A stretch of 64,000 bases of DNA from an uncultured delta proteobacterium (GTDB lineage Bacteria; Desulfobacterota; Binatia; Binatales; Binataceae), in assembly GCA_963724765.1 (NCBI GenBank), contig CAVRVY010000004.1, positions 1,688,474 to 1,752,473 of the forward strand. Direction: 5' to 3'. Under the pieces are notes generated by a model, which was not told the DNA's origin, did not search any database, and was given only the letters and a program-made list of their open reading frames with translations. Shown here one piece after another: positions 1 to 10,364 of the stretch; positions within the stretch are counted from its first letter, which is position 1; each line of letters starts with the position of its first letter. A program made the position numbers and the translations under genes.

Positions 1-296
1 CGTACATTGCCAGAAGGAGGAAAACTGCACACGGCATGTCGACGAAAGAACGGTGGATGAGCCTTTCGGCCGGAAGTGGGACCTTCCGGAGGAAATGGCC
101 GAAGCGACCGAAACGTCGCGTGATGAGTACGTAAACCTTTTCGGAGCGGGGCGCTGGCGAAGAGGAGCCTCCGTTTGCGCCCGATTTGGAAACGAGCAGG
201 CGAAGACGCCGTGGAAGGCCGCGCAAGGGATCTGCTACCCAAGGGCCAAATGACCAGAGGCGGGTGAGGTGACTCCAAAGGCGCCACGGTCAATCT

Positions 297-1040
297 ATGA
301 GAGTCGTATCCAAGGCTAATTCACGAACCGCAAAAAGGCGGCCACTTGAGCGCAACAACCGCTCACCCGCCGGACTGGTTCAAGCGCTTGGAGGAAAATT
401 CTCGCGGCAGCTGGGAATACATCTCGCCAGCCGCAAATCATCTGAAATTTTCAAATGGTTTCTGGCCTCGATATTGTTTGGCGCGAGGATTTCGGAGACC
501 ATCGCCGTCCACACATACAGAAAATTTGAAAATGAGGGACTCGTCGACCCGAGGCAGATCGTTGATCGGGGATGGGACGGGCTGACGGTGGTTCTGGATA
601 GGGGAGGCTACGTCCGCTATGACTTCAAAACCGCTACCAAGCTGCTCGACGTCAGCCGCGCACTGCTGGAAAAATATGGCGGCAATCTGAACACTCTGCA
701 CGCTACAGCTCCGGACGCGCGCGACCTCGAAAGAAGACTTAAGGCGCTGGGTAAAGGCATCGGCGACGTGACCATTAACATCTTCCTGAGAGAACTACGG
801 GGCATCTGGCCCAAGGCCGAGCCTTTACCCTCTGAGCTCGTGTTGACAGCGGCCAAGAATCTGGGACTGATTCCGAGGGCAAGCGATGAGCGTGCCGCCC
901 TTCAGTTGCTTAAGGAAGAATGGAGACGCGATGGTAACGACCCGAGGGGATTTGCCGATTTCGAAGCGGCTCTCGTGAGGAGGGGCCTCGCTTTGCGCAA
1001 GGAGAGCCGCTCTCAAGGCGCGAGCAGGAAATCTCACTGA
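297..1040 (+). CDS. HhH-GPD/endonuclease III-like helix-hairpin-helix protein
   Basis: FKWFLASILFGARI, LDRGGYVRYD and HhH-like LGKGIGDVTINIFLRE motifs; start uncertain. Confidence 0.7.
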   Translation: MRVVSKANSRTAKRRPLERNNRSPAGLVQALGGKFSRQLGIHLASRKSSEIFKWFLASILFGARISETIAVHTYRKFENEGLVDPRQIVDRGWDGLTVVLDRGGYVRYDFKTATKLLDVSRALLEKYGGNLNTLHATAPDARDLERRLKALGKGIGDVTINIFLRELRGIWPKAEPLPSELVLTAAKNLGLIPRASDERAALQLLKEEWRRDGNDPRGFADFEAALVRRGLALRKESRSQGASRKSH

Positions 1041-1181
1041 AGACGGGTGTTGCTAGTCGGACTCGACTCCGAGCGCCGGGCTCGACGCCTCTGCTGGCCT
1101 GAGCGTGCGGAAGGGTGGCCCTCATAGATTCGAAGTCGAGGCATCCAGAGGGAACAAGTGCGGGTCGCAGCAAAAGCGCTT

Positions 1182-2192
1182 CTACACGCCCGGGATTTCC
1201 AGCGTTGCCCGCGCATCGAGCCAGCGCGAGCGAGTTCCGAGGCGTTCGCACAGCCGCCTCATTTTGAGCGCGATCACCCTTGCTCTCTCGCCTTGCGCCA
1301 TCCTCGCCTGACAGCCGGTGATCACCGTGGGTAGCAGAGTCATGCGCGTCATCCGGGCGCCGTCCATCTCGAGCATGAAGATGAACGATTCATCGTTGCG
1401 GTCAACCTCGTCGACCGCGTAGTCGTCAATGAAATTGCCCGTGCAGTACATGATCGGGCGACCCTTGTATAGCTCGATTCCTTGAGAAACATGCCCGGAA
1501 TGGCCGAATACGATGTCCGTGCCGGCTTCGATCAGCGCATGGCCGAAGCGCACGTGCGCGGCGAGCGGTTCGTGGCCCCAGTTCGGGCCCCAGTGCGCGG
1601 AAACGACAACCAAATTGTTCCGTTTGCGCGTCTCGCGCACCGTCTCGAACAGTCTCCCAGCGCGCTCGTCGCTGACGTCGATTGGCAGATAGAAGAGGCC
1701 AGGACTCTGCGGGCCCGCCTCCCATTCCGGTTCGTTGTCGGTGAACGCGATCAGCCCTATCGATGTGCCCTTTACAACAGAGACCCCGGGTCGGACCGCC
1801 TCGGCTGGATTGGTTCCCGCCCCTGCGTGCTGGATTCCGGCACGGTCGAGCAGCTTCAGCATGTCGAGCATAGCATCGTACCCGAAATCCAGCGCATGGT
1901 TGTTGGCCAGCGAAACCGCATCGATTCCAGCCGCCCTTAGGACCGCGACATTCTTGGCGTCCGAGCGAAAATGGAACTCTTTGGGAGTTCTCGACCACGG
2001 CCGGCCGCGGTCGGAAATCACGCATTCGAGATTGCAGGCGCGCCAATCCGCTGCTTGAAGCTGAGTCCTAGTGTCGCCCCACGGGTAATCGGCATCAACC
2101 CGCCGGAGAAGGTCATTGACCATCCTGCCCAGCATTACATCGCCAACGAACAAGAGTCTCATGCGGCCGGCGGCGTCGGATTTCATAGCCAA
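1182..2192 (-). CDS. CapA-family (PGA_cap) metallophosphoesterase
   Basis: GDVMLGR, NLECVI, SLANNHALDFG, HWG, GHSGH motifs. Confidence 0.9.
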   Translation of the reverse strand: MAMKSDAAGRMRLLFVGDVMLGRMVNDLLRRVDADYPWGDTRTQLQAADWRACNLECVISDRGRPWSRTPKEFHFRSDAKNVAVLRAAGIDAVSLANNHALDFGYDAMLDMLKLLDRAGIQHAGAGTNPAEAVRPGVSVVKGTSIGLIAFTDNEPEWEAGPQSPGLFYLPIDVSDERAGRLFETVRETRKRNNLVVVSAHWGPNWGHEPLAAHVRFGHALIEAGTDIVFGHSGHVSQGIELYKGRPIMYCTGNFIDDYAVDEVDRNDESFIFMLEMDGARMTRMTLLPTVITGCQARMAQGERARVIALKMRRLCERLGTRSRWLDARATLEIPGV

Positions 2193-2234
2193 GCGAGAGG
2201 TCAGTTTGATCGGTGGAGCCGATCGTCCAGCGAT

Positions 2235-2442
2235 TCATCCGTTTCCTTCTGAAACGATAGTCTCATCGGGAAAGAGAAAGGTCGTACCTCCGTCATGGAA
2301 GCGGACGAGAAACATTCGGCGACCGAGATTCTCAATCTTTCTCAGAATCTCTGGCGCTTCACCAAACCACATGTCCCTCGCGATCCCGAATCGGCTTGAC
2401 TAGCGAGCAATCTTTACGACTGCTTCTTAGACACGCTTCCAT
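2235..2442 (-). pseudogene. small hypothetical protein, frameshifted
   Basis: MEACLRSSRKDCSLVKPIRDREGHV continues in another frame as FGEAPEILRKIENLGRRMFLVRFHDGGTTFLFPDETIVSEGNG*. Confidence 0.4.
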
Positions 2443-2668
2443 AGCGGTTCTCCAAGTTTCTGAACGATGACACATTCCACCGAGGCAACCCGCGTGCCAG
2501 ACCACATCAAACGTGTTCGCAGATTCGCGCCACAGTCACGGGCCGCGATCGGTAAGCATGCGAAAATTCTGGTAACGCCTGGGGTAATTGGAAGTCTCCA
2601 CGCCGCCCCACTGGGACATTGATGCCCCAATTCTGCTCCCGTGAGGGAAAATTTCTTTCGCTCTGCGG

Positions 2669-3139
2669 CTAAGCGGCTCCCGCAGCATAGCCGATCGGTA
2701 GCAGGGCTATTGGTCGCCAATCCGGCTTGATTTCTTTCCGAAAGATGCTTCGCACGGCTTCTTCGTCGAACGCGCCCACCCAGCACGCGCCCAATCCTGA
2801 CTCGACTGCCTGAATCCACGCAAAGCTCGCGGCGATGGTTGCATCCTGAATCGAGAAGAGCCTCCTGCCTCGTTCGCCGTATTTCGCCCCTGATCGTGAC
2901 TCAACGGCCCAGAAGACCAGCACTGCCGGCGCTTGGGCGATGAATTCCTGGCCGAAGGCCGCGTTGACAAGCTGCTCCCTCGTTTCGTCTTCGATGACGA
3001 CAAAGACCTCCCGCGCTTTCAGACCGCCGGCAGACGGCGCGGAGTTGATGGCGTCAAGGATCTTGCGGAGTTGTTCACGGCTTGGCTTGCGTTCCAGGAA
3101 GCTCCTGACGGAATGACGTTTGTTGAGTACGTCTAGCAT
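2669..3139 (-). CDS. nitroreductase family protein
   Basis: RHSVRSF, APSAGG, QDATIAA, GLGACWVGAFDE, LPIGY. Confidence 0.9.
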   Translation of the reverse strand: MLDVLNKRHSVRSFLERKPSREQLRKILDAINSAPSAGGLKAREVFVVIEDETREQLVNAAFGQEFIAQAPAVLVFWAVESRSGAKYGERGRRLFSIQDATIAASFAWIQAVESGLGACWVGAFDEEAVRSIFRKEIKPDWRPIALLPIGYAAGAA

Positions 3140-3372
3140 CGCAACTCGCACGCTCAAAATAACTGAACGCTTTCTCGTCTGACACGACAACGCCGCCGTA
3201 TCGGTGCTTTTAACAAGCAAGCCCCGCGCCGATCGTGCGTTTCCTTAAGGCAGCGTCTCTGTATCCATTCGCGCCAGCTTACAATTCGGATGGCTCGATC
3301 GGAGCCAGACACGGAACCTGTGGCTTCGTGCAAGGCGTGCCGAGCATAAAAGACAAGGGCCAACCGTCGCGG

Positions 3373-3388
3373 CGGCATGTTTCATGCT
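3373..3388 (+). promoter_or_regulatory. sigma54 -24/-12 promoter
   Basis: CGGCATGTTTCATGCT = GG-N10-GC, 13 bp before the ATG at 3401. Confidence 0.55.
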
Positions 3389-3400
3389 CGAGTTTTGAGC

Positions 3401-3949
3401 ATGAAAATCTGGGAATTGATGGAGCGCGATGTAGCATCGTGCGCCCGGACCGACTCGTTGAACGTTGCAGCGCGCATCATGTGGGAGCGCGATTGCGGAT
3501 GCGTTCCGGTGGTCGATCGAAATAATGTTGTCGTGGGAATGGTCACCGATCGCGACATCTGCATGGGTGCATATACCCAGGGGCGATCGTTGCACCTGAT
3601 CCAAGTGCAGGACGTGATGGCGAGGCCGGCGGTTTCGTGCGAGCCGGAGGACGACTTGGTCACAGTGGAGAGCCTGATGCGTGACAACAAGATCCGCCGG
3701 CTTCCCGTATGTGATGTGGACGGCAAGCTGGTCGGCATGATCTCGCTCAGTGATATCGCGGTCGAGAGTGAGCGCGAACGGCGGGCGGGCAGGGACCGCT
3801 CGATACGCAGCACAGAGGTCGCGGATATCCTGGGCGCGGTTTCCCAGCCTCGCTCGCATGCGGTCGCGCCAATTCCGTTCGCGCCCGAGGCGGGAGAGGT
3901 GGAATTCACGCCCAAGCCGCCGATCAAGCGAGGGCAAACCTACAGATAG
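3401..3949 (+). CDS. CBS-domain protein (Hrp1-like)
   Basis: two CBS repeats: MWERDCGCVPVVD, GMVTDRDI, IRRLPV, GMISLSDI. Confidence 0.9.
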   Translation: MKIWELMERDVASCARTDSLNVAARIMWERDCGCVPVVDRNNVVVGMVTDRDICMGAYTQGRSLHLIQVQDVMARPAVSCEPEDDLVTVESLMRDNKIRRLPVCDVDGKLVGMISLSDIAVESERERRAGRDRSIRSTEVADILGAVSQPRSHAVAPIPFAPEAGEVEFTPKPPIKRGQTYR

Positions 3950-4249
3950 CGCAGGTGAGCCATGGAAGAGGAAAAATTCTCCGGTCGGTCGCCGAGCAAT
4001 TGGGCGTTGATCAAGAATGCGCTTGGGCAATCATTTCTGCTGTCTTTCGTGAATTGTATGATCGTTTAACCCCAAAAGAGGCCGCCGATGCCGGTGCGCA
4101 GATGCCGCAGCGGTGAAAAGTCCTATGGGCGTCGTTCGAATCCCCGGGAAGGGAAGTCAAACGCATCCACAAGGCGGAGTTCGTCAGAAAGGTCTCCGAG
4201 CTCGCAGAGATCCCGGAGAGTGAAGCTGCGCACGCGGTTAGAGGAAGTT

Positions 4250-4801
4250 ATGCAACGGCCTTTGAAAATAACCTCGCGCGATTTCTCACTCAGCGAAGCC
4301 GTCGAGACCGAGATTCGCGAGAAAGCAAGCGCACTCGAGAACTATTACGAACGGCTAAGCGGCTGCGAAGTGACAGTGCAGGCGCCTGCCATCAAGCATC
4401 ATCGCAAGGGCGGTCCGTTCCTCGTAGGAATCCGCCTGACGGTTCCCGGAAAAGAGCTGGCTGTAGATCGCCAGGCCGAAGAGGAGCTGTCGCAGGCAAT
4501 CCGTGAAGCATTCGATGCCGCGCGTCGGCAGTTGGAAGACTATGTTCGGGAACTGCGCGGCGCGGTAAAGACGCACGAAGCTGCAGCGCTCGGCCGCGTC
4601 GCTCGCCTCGAACCCGAACTCGACTACGGCATTATCGAGACCCCCGACAACCGCGAGATTTACTTCCATCGCAATAGCGTGCTCGGCGCTGACTTCGACA
4701 AGTTGGAGATAGGGGCGGAGGTCCGCTTTGTCGAGGAGGAAGGCGAGCAAGGTCCTCAGGCCAGCACCGTGGTCGTGAGGAAGATGGCATCGCATCGTTG
4801 A
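4250..4801 (+). CDS. HPF/RaiA ribosome-hibernation domain fused to a cold-shock domain
   Basis: HHRKGGPFLVGIRLTVPG, AIREAFDAARRQLEDY, then YGIIET..EIYFHRNSV..GPQASTV; GAGGAA RBS. Confidence 0.85.
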   Translation: MQRPLKITSRDFSLSEAVETEIREKASALENYYERLSGCEVTVQAPAIKHHRKGGPFLVGIRLTVPGKELAVDRQAEEELSQAIREAFDAARRQLEDYVRELRGAVKTHEAAALGRVARLEPELDYGIIETPDNREIYFHRNSVLGADFDKLEIGAEVRFVEEEGEQGPQASTVVVRKMASHR

Positions 4802-4977
4802 TGATATCCATCGTTCGGGCAATCGCGTATATGTAGCGGCCAGGCAGCGGCTCCTGGTCTTCGTGCTGGTCGAAATCACTCGGTGCGATGCAGCGCTGGC
4901 AAGCCAAGCTTGGAACATAACGATCGTGCAGCAGGGGCGGAGCCCAACTAGCGATCACGATCGAGCCTAGCCGCCTG

Positions 4978-5493
4978 ATGTGCATCGCGCTCACGCAGCG
5001 CGGAGCTATGAAAAGAATATCGTTGATCTCAGAGGCCGCCGCTATACTTAGACCTCGACGAGTGGCCGAGCGACAGCTCGAAGGCGCTTTGAATATACTC
5101 GGCTCTCAGTCCGTGCCCATTGAGACCGCTATTGATTACGGTCCCAGCATTTCCGCCGGAACTTCGCTATGCATCGTGGCAGAGTTCGAGCACACAGTTA
5201 TCGGTATGGATAACCTCGGGGCAAGAAGCAAGCTGGCAGAGACCGTTGGCAAGGAAGCGGCTATTGTTTTCTCCCGAGAACTTCAATCGATGGCCTGCGT
5301 CGATCGACAGATGGCGGATCAGATTCTTCCGTACCTGGCGCTTGCGGGTGATGGCAGTCGCGTCACAGTGTCGGAAATAACCAGCCACTGCCGCACGAAT
5401 ATGTGGGTAATCGAGCAGTTTCTCGACGGCAGGTTTGAGGTAAACGGTAACCTAATTTGTTGGGCTAAACGGTCGACGGTGTCTAGTTGCTGA
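4978..5493 (+). pseudogene. rtcA: RNA 3'-terminal phosphate cyclase, C-terminal fragment
   Basis: AETVGKEAA..VDRQMADQILPYLALA..ITSHCRTNMWVIEQFL; N-terminal half absent. Confidence 0.75.
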
Positions 5494-5895
5494 CGTTGTT
5501 TGAGCGATCTTATCGGACGCCCTGGATGAGGCTGCGGTACTCGGGCTCGTAAACTTGCGATTCGATGAAAAAACCGGAGTTTCCTTAGGCTCCCACGCGC
5601 TGAGCGTCTGTCCTGGACGCGATCCGTAACGATAAGCGGTCAACCCCCTTGAGCCGAAGCTGATGCGCTGTCAGGAAGATTTCACGTACCGCCTGCGGGC
5701 TTGCATCGGCTGGAAGATTCACCGTTTTCGAAACGGCGGCGTCGACGTGTTCCTGGAAGGCAGCCTGCATCCGTAGGTGAAGTTGCGGTTCGATCTCGTG
5801 CGCGACCGGAAACCGACGTTTGACCTCCTTGAGTATCGCGGCTTCACTAATCGAGCCGCTCCGGCGCACCAATGTCATCGCTTCATCGTACAGTG
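5490..5895 (-). pseudogene. nrdJ: class II (AdoCbl) ribonucleotide reductase, C-terminal fragment, frameshifted
   Basis: HLRMQAAFQEHVDAAVSKTVNLP..LKGV, then frameshift to TAYRYGSRPGQTL. Confidence 0.8.
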
Positions 5896-6236
5896 CCTTG
5901 CGCAATAATTGGAATCCCAACGGCCAACGACCGCTAACCTGGCTCGCGGGTTATCTGCGCAATCGTGGTATCGAAGAGATTTTTCTCTGCGGTCTAGCGC
6001 GCGACTTCTGCGTCAAATGGACTGCGGAGGACGTCGTTCAAGAAGGTTTCAGCGTCTGCGTATTGTGGGACCTCTGTCGGTCGATCGAGCCTTCGTCGGA
6101 CCAAGCTCTACATGAGAGTCTAATCGCTCGCGGTGTCGAGATCATCGAAACGCCCCAACTTTACCGTTCAGTTTTCGGATTCGTGGCGAACGCATCGCGC
6201 AAATCCGCGTTGAGCTATTTCTGCTCGGAGGAGTAG
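5890..6236 (+). pseudogene. pncA: nicotinamidase/isochorismatase, C-terminal fragment
   Basis: LAGYLRNRGIEEIFLCGLARDFCVKWTAED; N-terminus missing. Confidence 0.75.
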
Positions 6237-6303
6237 CACCCAACGTCGGTACGCAACCAGATACTTACGAAGGAGTCTAATCCTTGAGGCTTGTCGGACC
6301 TGA

Positions 6304-6320
6304 TGGCACGCAAATCGCAT
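6304..6320 (+). promoter_or_regulatory. sigma54 -24/-12 promoter
   Basis: TGGCACGCAAATCGCAT = GG-N10-GC upstream of the USP-CBS gene. Confidence 0.7.
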
Positions 6321-6389
6321 TGTTCTAAATGAAGCCAGCGCCAGCGACAATGCCCGGACACGCTTCGGGTTTAGAGCCGGAGGTTTGCG

Positions 6390-7193
6390 ATGGGCCCGAT
6401 GTTCTCTACGATTCTTTGCGCAGTCGACCTCGACGACAACTCCCTCATGGCGCTGGACGTCGCCAGAAAGATTGCACAGCGAGACACCGCGCGGTTGGTC
6501 GTTCTGCACGTGCTGCCAACCAAATTGTCTCCTACCAGGAAACTAAACCTCGACCTTTTCCTGGTTAAGGAAGGCGAGGATCGGAGGTTCTTGGAAGGAT
6601 TGATGCGCGACCGCTTCGGGGATCTTCCATTCGAGGTGCTCACTCGCTCCGGGTATCCGGAGGTCGCAATCCTTCATGTCGCTGACGAGGTTCACGCAGA
6701 ATTGCTTGTGATGGCCACTCATACGCGCGGCGTTATATCCCATCAATTCGTGGGCAGCGTGGCGGAGAAAGTCGTTCGCCAATCGAAATGTCCGGTGCTG
6801 ATGGTTCCGGCGCCAGTGCGCGGAAATGTCGAGATGGTCAGTGCATGGATGACGGCTAACCCGGCTACGACAAGTCCAGAGAACACCTTGGCAGAGGCTT
6901 ACGCGAGAATGCGCGAGGGTGGCTTTCGCTGCATCCCCGTTGTCGAAAGCGGCGAACTGGTGGGGATGATTACCGATCGCGATATCCGAAATCGCGCCGG
7001 CGAACTGGAAGACTTCGAGGTTAGGCAGGCGATGACCGCTGAGGTGGTTACGGTTGCGCCGACAACGTCGGTTCAGGAGGCCGCGCGCCTGCTGCTCGAA
7101 TGCAAGGTCGGCGGTTTGCCGGTGCTGGAGGACGGACGGGTGATCGGAATCATTACGGTCGAAGACGTGATCAAGTTCATGCTCAACGAGTAA
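6390..7193 (+). CDS. universal stress protein fused to a CBS pair
   Basis: ILCAVD..LLVMATHTRG..GSVAEKVVRQSKCPVL followed by two CBS repeats. Confidence 0.9.
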   Translation: MGPMFSTILCAVDLDDNSLMALDVARKIAQRDTARLVVLHVLPTKLSPTRKLNLDLFLVKEGEDRRFLEGLMRDRFGDLPFEVLTRSGYPEVAILHVADEVHAELLVMATHTRGVISHQFVGSVAEKVVRQSKCPVLMVPAPVRGNVEMVSAWMTANPATTSPENTLAEAYARMREGGFRCIPVVESGELVGMITDRDIRNRAGELEDFEVRQAMTAEVVTVAPTTSVQEAARLLLECKVGGLPVLEDGRVIGIITVEDVIKFMLNE

Positions 7194-7197
7194 GTAC

Positions 7198-7539
7198 ATG
7201 CTCATCACCCATAACGGTAAGCTAAGAGGGATTTTCACCGAGCACGACGTACTGATGAAGATCGTGGACACGGGGATCAATCTCGCGCGTACGGCAGTTA
7301 GCTCTTACATGACGCCCGATCCAGTTACACTGCCGGTCGACGCAGGGGTCGCGTACGCGCTGAACAAGATGGTCGTGGATGGCTTACACCGCCTCCCGCT
7401 GATCGATTCAGAGGGCGATCCGGTAGGGGTGGTGTCGATGCGCAATATCATTGGATATTTGTCCGGCTTCTTTCCAAAGGATGTGCTCAATCTGCCCCCT
7501 GATCCGACGAAAATTTTTCGCCGGCGCGAAGGCGCATAG
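7198..7539 (+). CDS. CBS-domain protein (probably N-terminally truncated)
   Basis: GIFTEHDV..YMTPDPVTL..HRLPLID..GVVSMRNII. Confidence 0.7.
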   Translation: MLITHNGKLRGIFTEHDVLMKIVDTGINLARTAVSSYMTPDPVTLPVDAGVAYALNKMVVDGLHRLPLIDSEGDPVGVVSMRNIIGYLSGFFPKDVLNLPPDPTKIFRRREGA

Positions 7540-7619
7540 CACCGACATTCGATAGGCGGTCCTGATGCGCTGTGAAACGATCTGAACCGATGCGGCAATT
7601 TCGCGCGCTGGACTATTCA

Positions 7620-8096
7620 ATGGCTCTCAAGCTTACTTCTTCGGCCTTTGCATATGGTGAGCAAATTCCAGCGGTTCATACATGTGACGGGAAAGATCGT
7701 TCCCCAGCACTGAGGTGGTCGAATATTCCGGAAGGAACCCGAAGTCTTGCTTTGATCGTGGACGATCCGGACGCGCCCGATCCGGCTGCGCCGAAAACGA
7801 TATGGGTGCACTGGGTACTCTACAATCTTCCGGCTGACGCTGTGGGCTTACTCGAAGCGGTAACCCCGGCAAAGTTGCCGGCCGGGACTTTGGAGGGAGT
7901 CAACGACTGGAAGCGTACTGGTTATGGGGGGCCGTGCCCACCAATCGGGCGGCACCGATATTTCTTCAAGCTCTACGCACTGGACACAGTCTTGCCCGAT
8001 TTGCATCGGCCAACCAACTCGAAGCTCGAAAAAGCGATGAAAGACCATATTCTGGCTCAGGCGACGCTCATGGGGACTTATCAGCGTCATCGTTGA
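7620..8096 (+). CDS. YbhB/YbcL (PEBP) family protein
   Basis: DDPDAP, WVHWVLYNLP, GYGGPCPPIGRHRYFFKLYALD. Confidence 0.92.
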   Translation: MALKLTSSAFAYGEQIPAVHTCDGKDRSPALRWSNIPEGTRSLALIVDDPDAPDPAAPKTIWVHWVLYNLPADAVGLLEAVTPAKLPAGTLEGVNDWKRTGYGGPCPPIGRHRYFFKLYALDTVLPDLHRPTNSKLEKAMKDHILAQATLMGTYQRHR

Positions 8097-8168
8097 ATTG
8101 GCGCCGATGGCGCCAGATTTCGTCGGCGGCGTCGGTATCGGCGTGGAATCAGCGACGCGTACGAAATC

Positions 8169-9619
8169 TTAGCGGAAGGCCGGCTCGTCGAAGCCCCGAA
8201 GCTTGCGCGAGTGAAGACGCTCTACGCCTTGCTCACGCAGAAGCCGCATGGTCTCGATGCCGACCCGCAGGTGCTGGCTGACGCGTTCCCGATAGAATGA
8301 ATTGGCCATACCGCGAAGCTTTAGCTCCCCGTGAAGTGGTTTATCTGACACGCACAGGAACGTGCCGTAGGGTACGCGGAAACGGAAGCCGTTGGCTGCC
8401 ACCGTCGCCGACTCCATGTCGACCGCTATGGCACGGCTGAGATTGAGTTCTCCGAACAACTCGTTGAAGCGAAGTTCCCAGTTACGGTTATCAGTGGTGG
8501 CAACCGTGCCGGTGCGCATCCGCGTCTTTAGGTCCTGGCCACGCAGGCCGGTCACCTTCGCAGTCGCTTCCTGGAGAGCCACCTGCACCTCGGCAATCGG
8601 CGGCACCGGCACCCAGGAGGGAAGGTCCTGATCGAGGACATGATCGTCGCGCACGTAGCCATGTGCAAGCACGTAATCGCCTAGCAGTTGGCTTCGCCGC
8701 AATCCCGCACAGTGGCCAAGCATCAACCAGCAATTCGGTCGCAGGACTGCGATGTGGTCGGTAATTGTCTTGGCGTTGCTTGGGCCAACCCCAATGTTGA
8801 CAAGGGTGATGCCGTCACCGTCCTCTCGCTTGAGATGGTAGGCAGGCATCTGCGGCATCTGCGGCACTTGCGACTCGCGTGAGGCGCGGCCCGGAGTCGT
8901 CGCGCTTCCCGGCTCGACGAAGCCTACGTACTCTGCTTGTGCACTGACCTGTGCCCGTCCCAAGGCAACAAACTCGTCCACGTAGCGCTGGTAGTTTGTC
9001 AGGAGCACAAAGTTCTGAAAGTGCTCGGCGGATGTGCCGGTATAGTGGTGAAGGCGCGCCAGTGAGTAATCGACCCGTTCTCCGGTGAAGAGCGCAAGCG
9101 GCCGGGGACTGCCAGGCTCCGGGCGGTGTGTGCCGTTGGCGATGGAGTCGTCGGTTGCACTCATGTCCGGCAGCGCAAAATGCTCCTGGAGAGCCCGGAT
9201 GTCGGTTTCGCCGACGTCGGTAACCGCCTCCTCGACGACGAATGGCAACGGGATTTGTCTTTTGCTTACGCCCACGACAACCGGGACTCGGTGGTGTCGG
9301 AGCAGCAGATCGATCTGTTCGCGATAATAGCGGCCGAAGAGATCAGGGCATGTTAGCGTCGTTCCGTAAACGCCTGGTTCGAGAAGCACGCCATAGGACA
9401 GGCGCGCGTCCACATGCAGATGAGCGCGGCCGATGCAATTCCGAGATAAGGGTAGGCAGCGTCGACCGGGCGCGCGAACCTACCCCCAGCAAACGCGGCA
9501 AAGGTCTCGCGGATGGTGCGCACGCTGGCGGTGTAAATTTCAACGATGCGTTCGACTGCCGCATCCGCATCATGGAACTCAACAAGATCGCGGGCAGCGT
9601 TGTGCTGGGCTGGTGTCAC
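8169..9619 (-). pseudogene. amn: AMP nucleosidase, frameshifted near 9415
   Basis: N-terminus in ORF 9353-9619 (..AAYPYLGI); body 8169-9413 with RVDYSLARLHHYTGT, NIGVGPSNAKTITDH, DMESAT, CVSDKPLHGELK. Confidence 0.85.
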
Positions 9620-9637
9620 GGCACTTTTGCCAACCTT

Positions 9638-10265
9638 TCAGCCCTTGATGACCAAAAAGGGCTTGAGTCTGGCAACTCTCTGCATCACCCGCGCGGCCTC
9701 GAGCACTTCAACGACGTCAGCGACATCCTTGTAGGATTCCGGCATCTCCTCGGCTACGCCCGCCCGACTCTGTGCGCGAACCGTCACGCCTATGGCTGCA
9801 AGTTCAGCAAAGACATCGCGCCCGCGCGACTCGCGCATTGCCTGGGCGCGGCTCATCAAGCGTCCCGCGCCGTGGCATGACGAGCCGAACGTTTCGCGCA
9901 TCGCCCCCTCCAGCCCGATGAGCACGAAAGAATAACGTCCCATGTCACCCGGGATTAGAACGGGTTGGCCGAGGCGCCGGTACGCCTTGGGGAGCTCCGG
10001 ATGGCCCGGGCCGAACGCACGAGTCGCACCTTTTCGATGGACGCACAGTACCCGCTTCACTCCGTCGACGACATGGTCTTCGAACTTTGCAATGTTGTGG
10101 CAGACATCGTAGATGAGCGTAAGGCCCGGGTCGCGCGGGCTAATCCCGAGCGCCTCTATGAAGGCGTTGGTCGCGAGATGCATCATGATCTGACGATTGC
10201 ACCATGCGAAGTTGGCCGCCGCCGCCATCGCGCCCAGGTAATCCTGTCCCTCTGGAGAGTGATCG
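9638..10265 (-). pseudogene. rtcB: RtcB RNA ligase, C-terminal half
   Basis: AAANFAWCNRQ, YDVCHNIAK, VHRKGATRAF, PGDMG, SSCHGAGR, EEMPESYK; N-terminal half missing. Confidence 0.85.
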
Positions 10266-10364
10266 GCACGGCTGCAAGCTGGCGGTCGGGAAGGACAATT
10301 TCGTATTTTGCCATCGCGGAGCCGATCGTCTTCAGGTGATCCTCGCAGGTCTGATGGCCGAACT

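Noticed and set aside
53-253. 66-aa ORF at the window start
   Set aside because: No recognisable motif; possibly a gene tail or remnant that cannot be assigned
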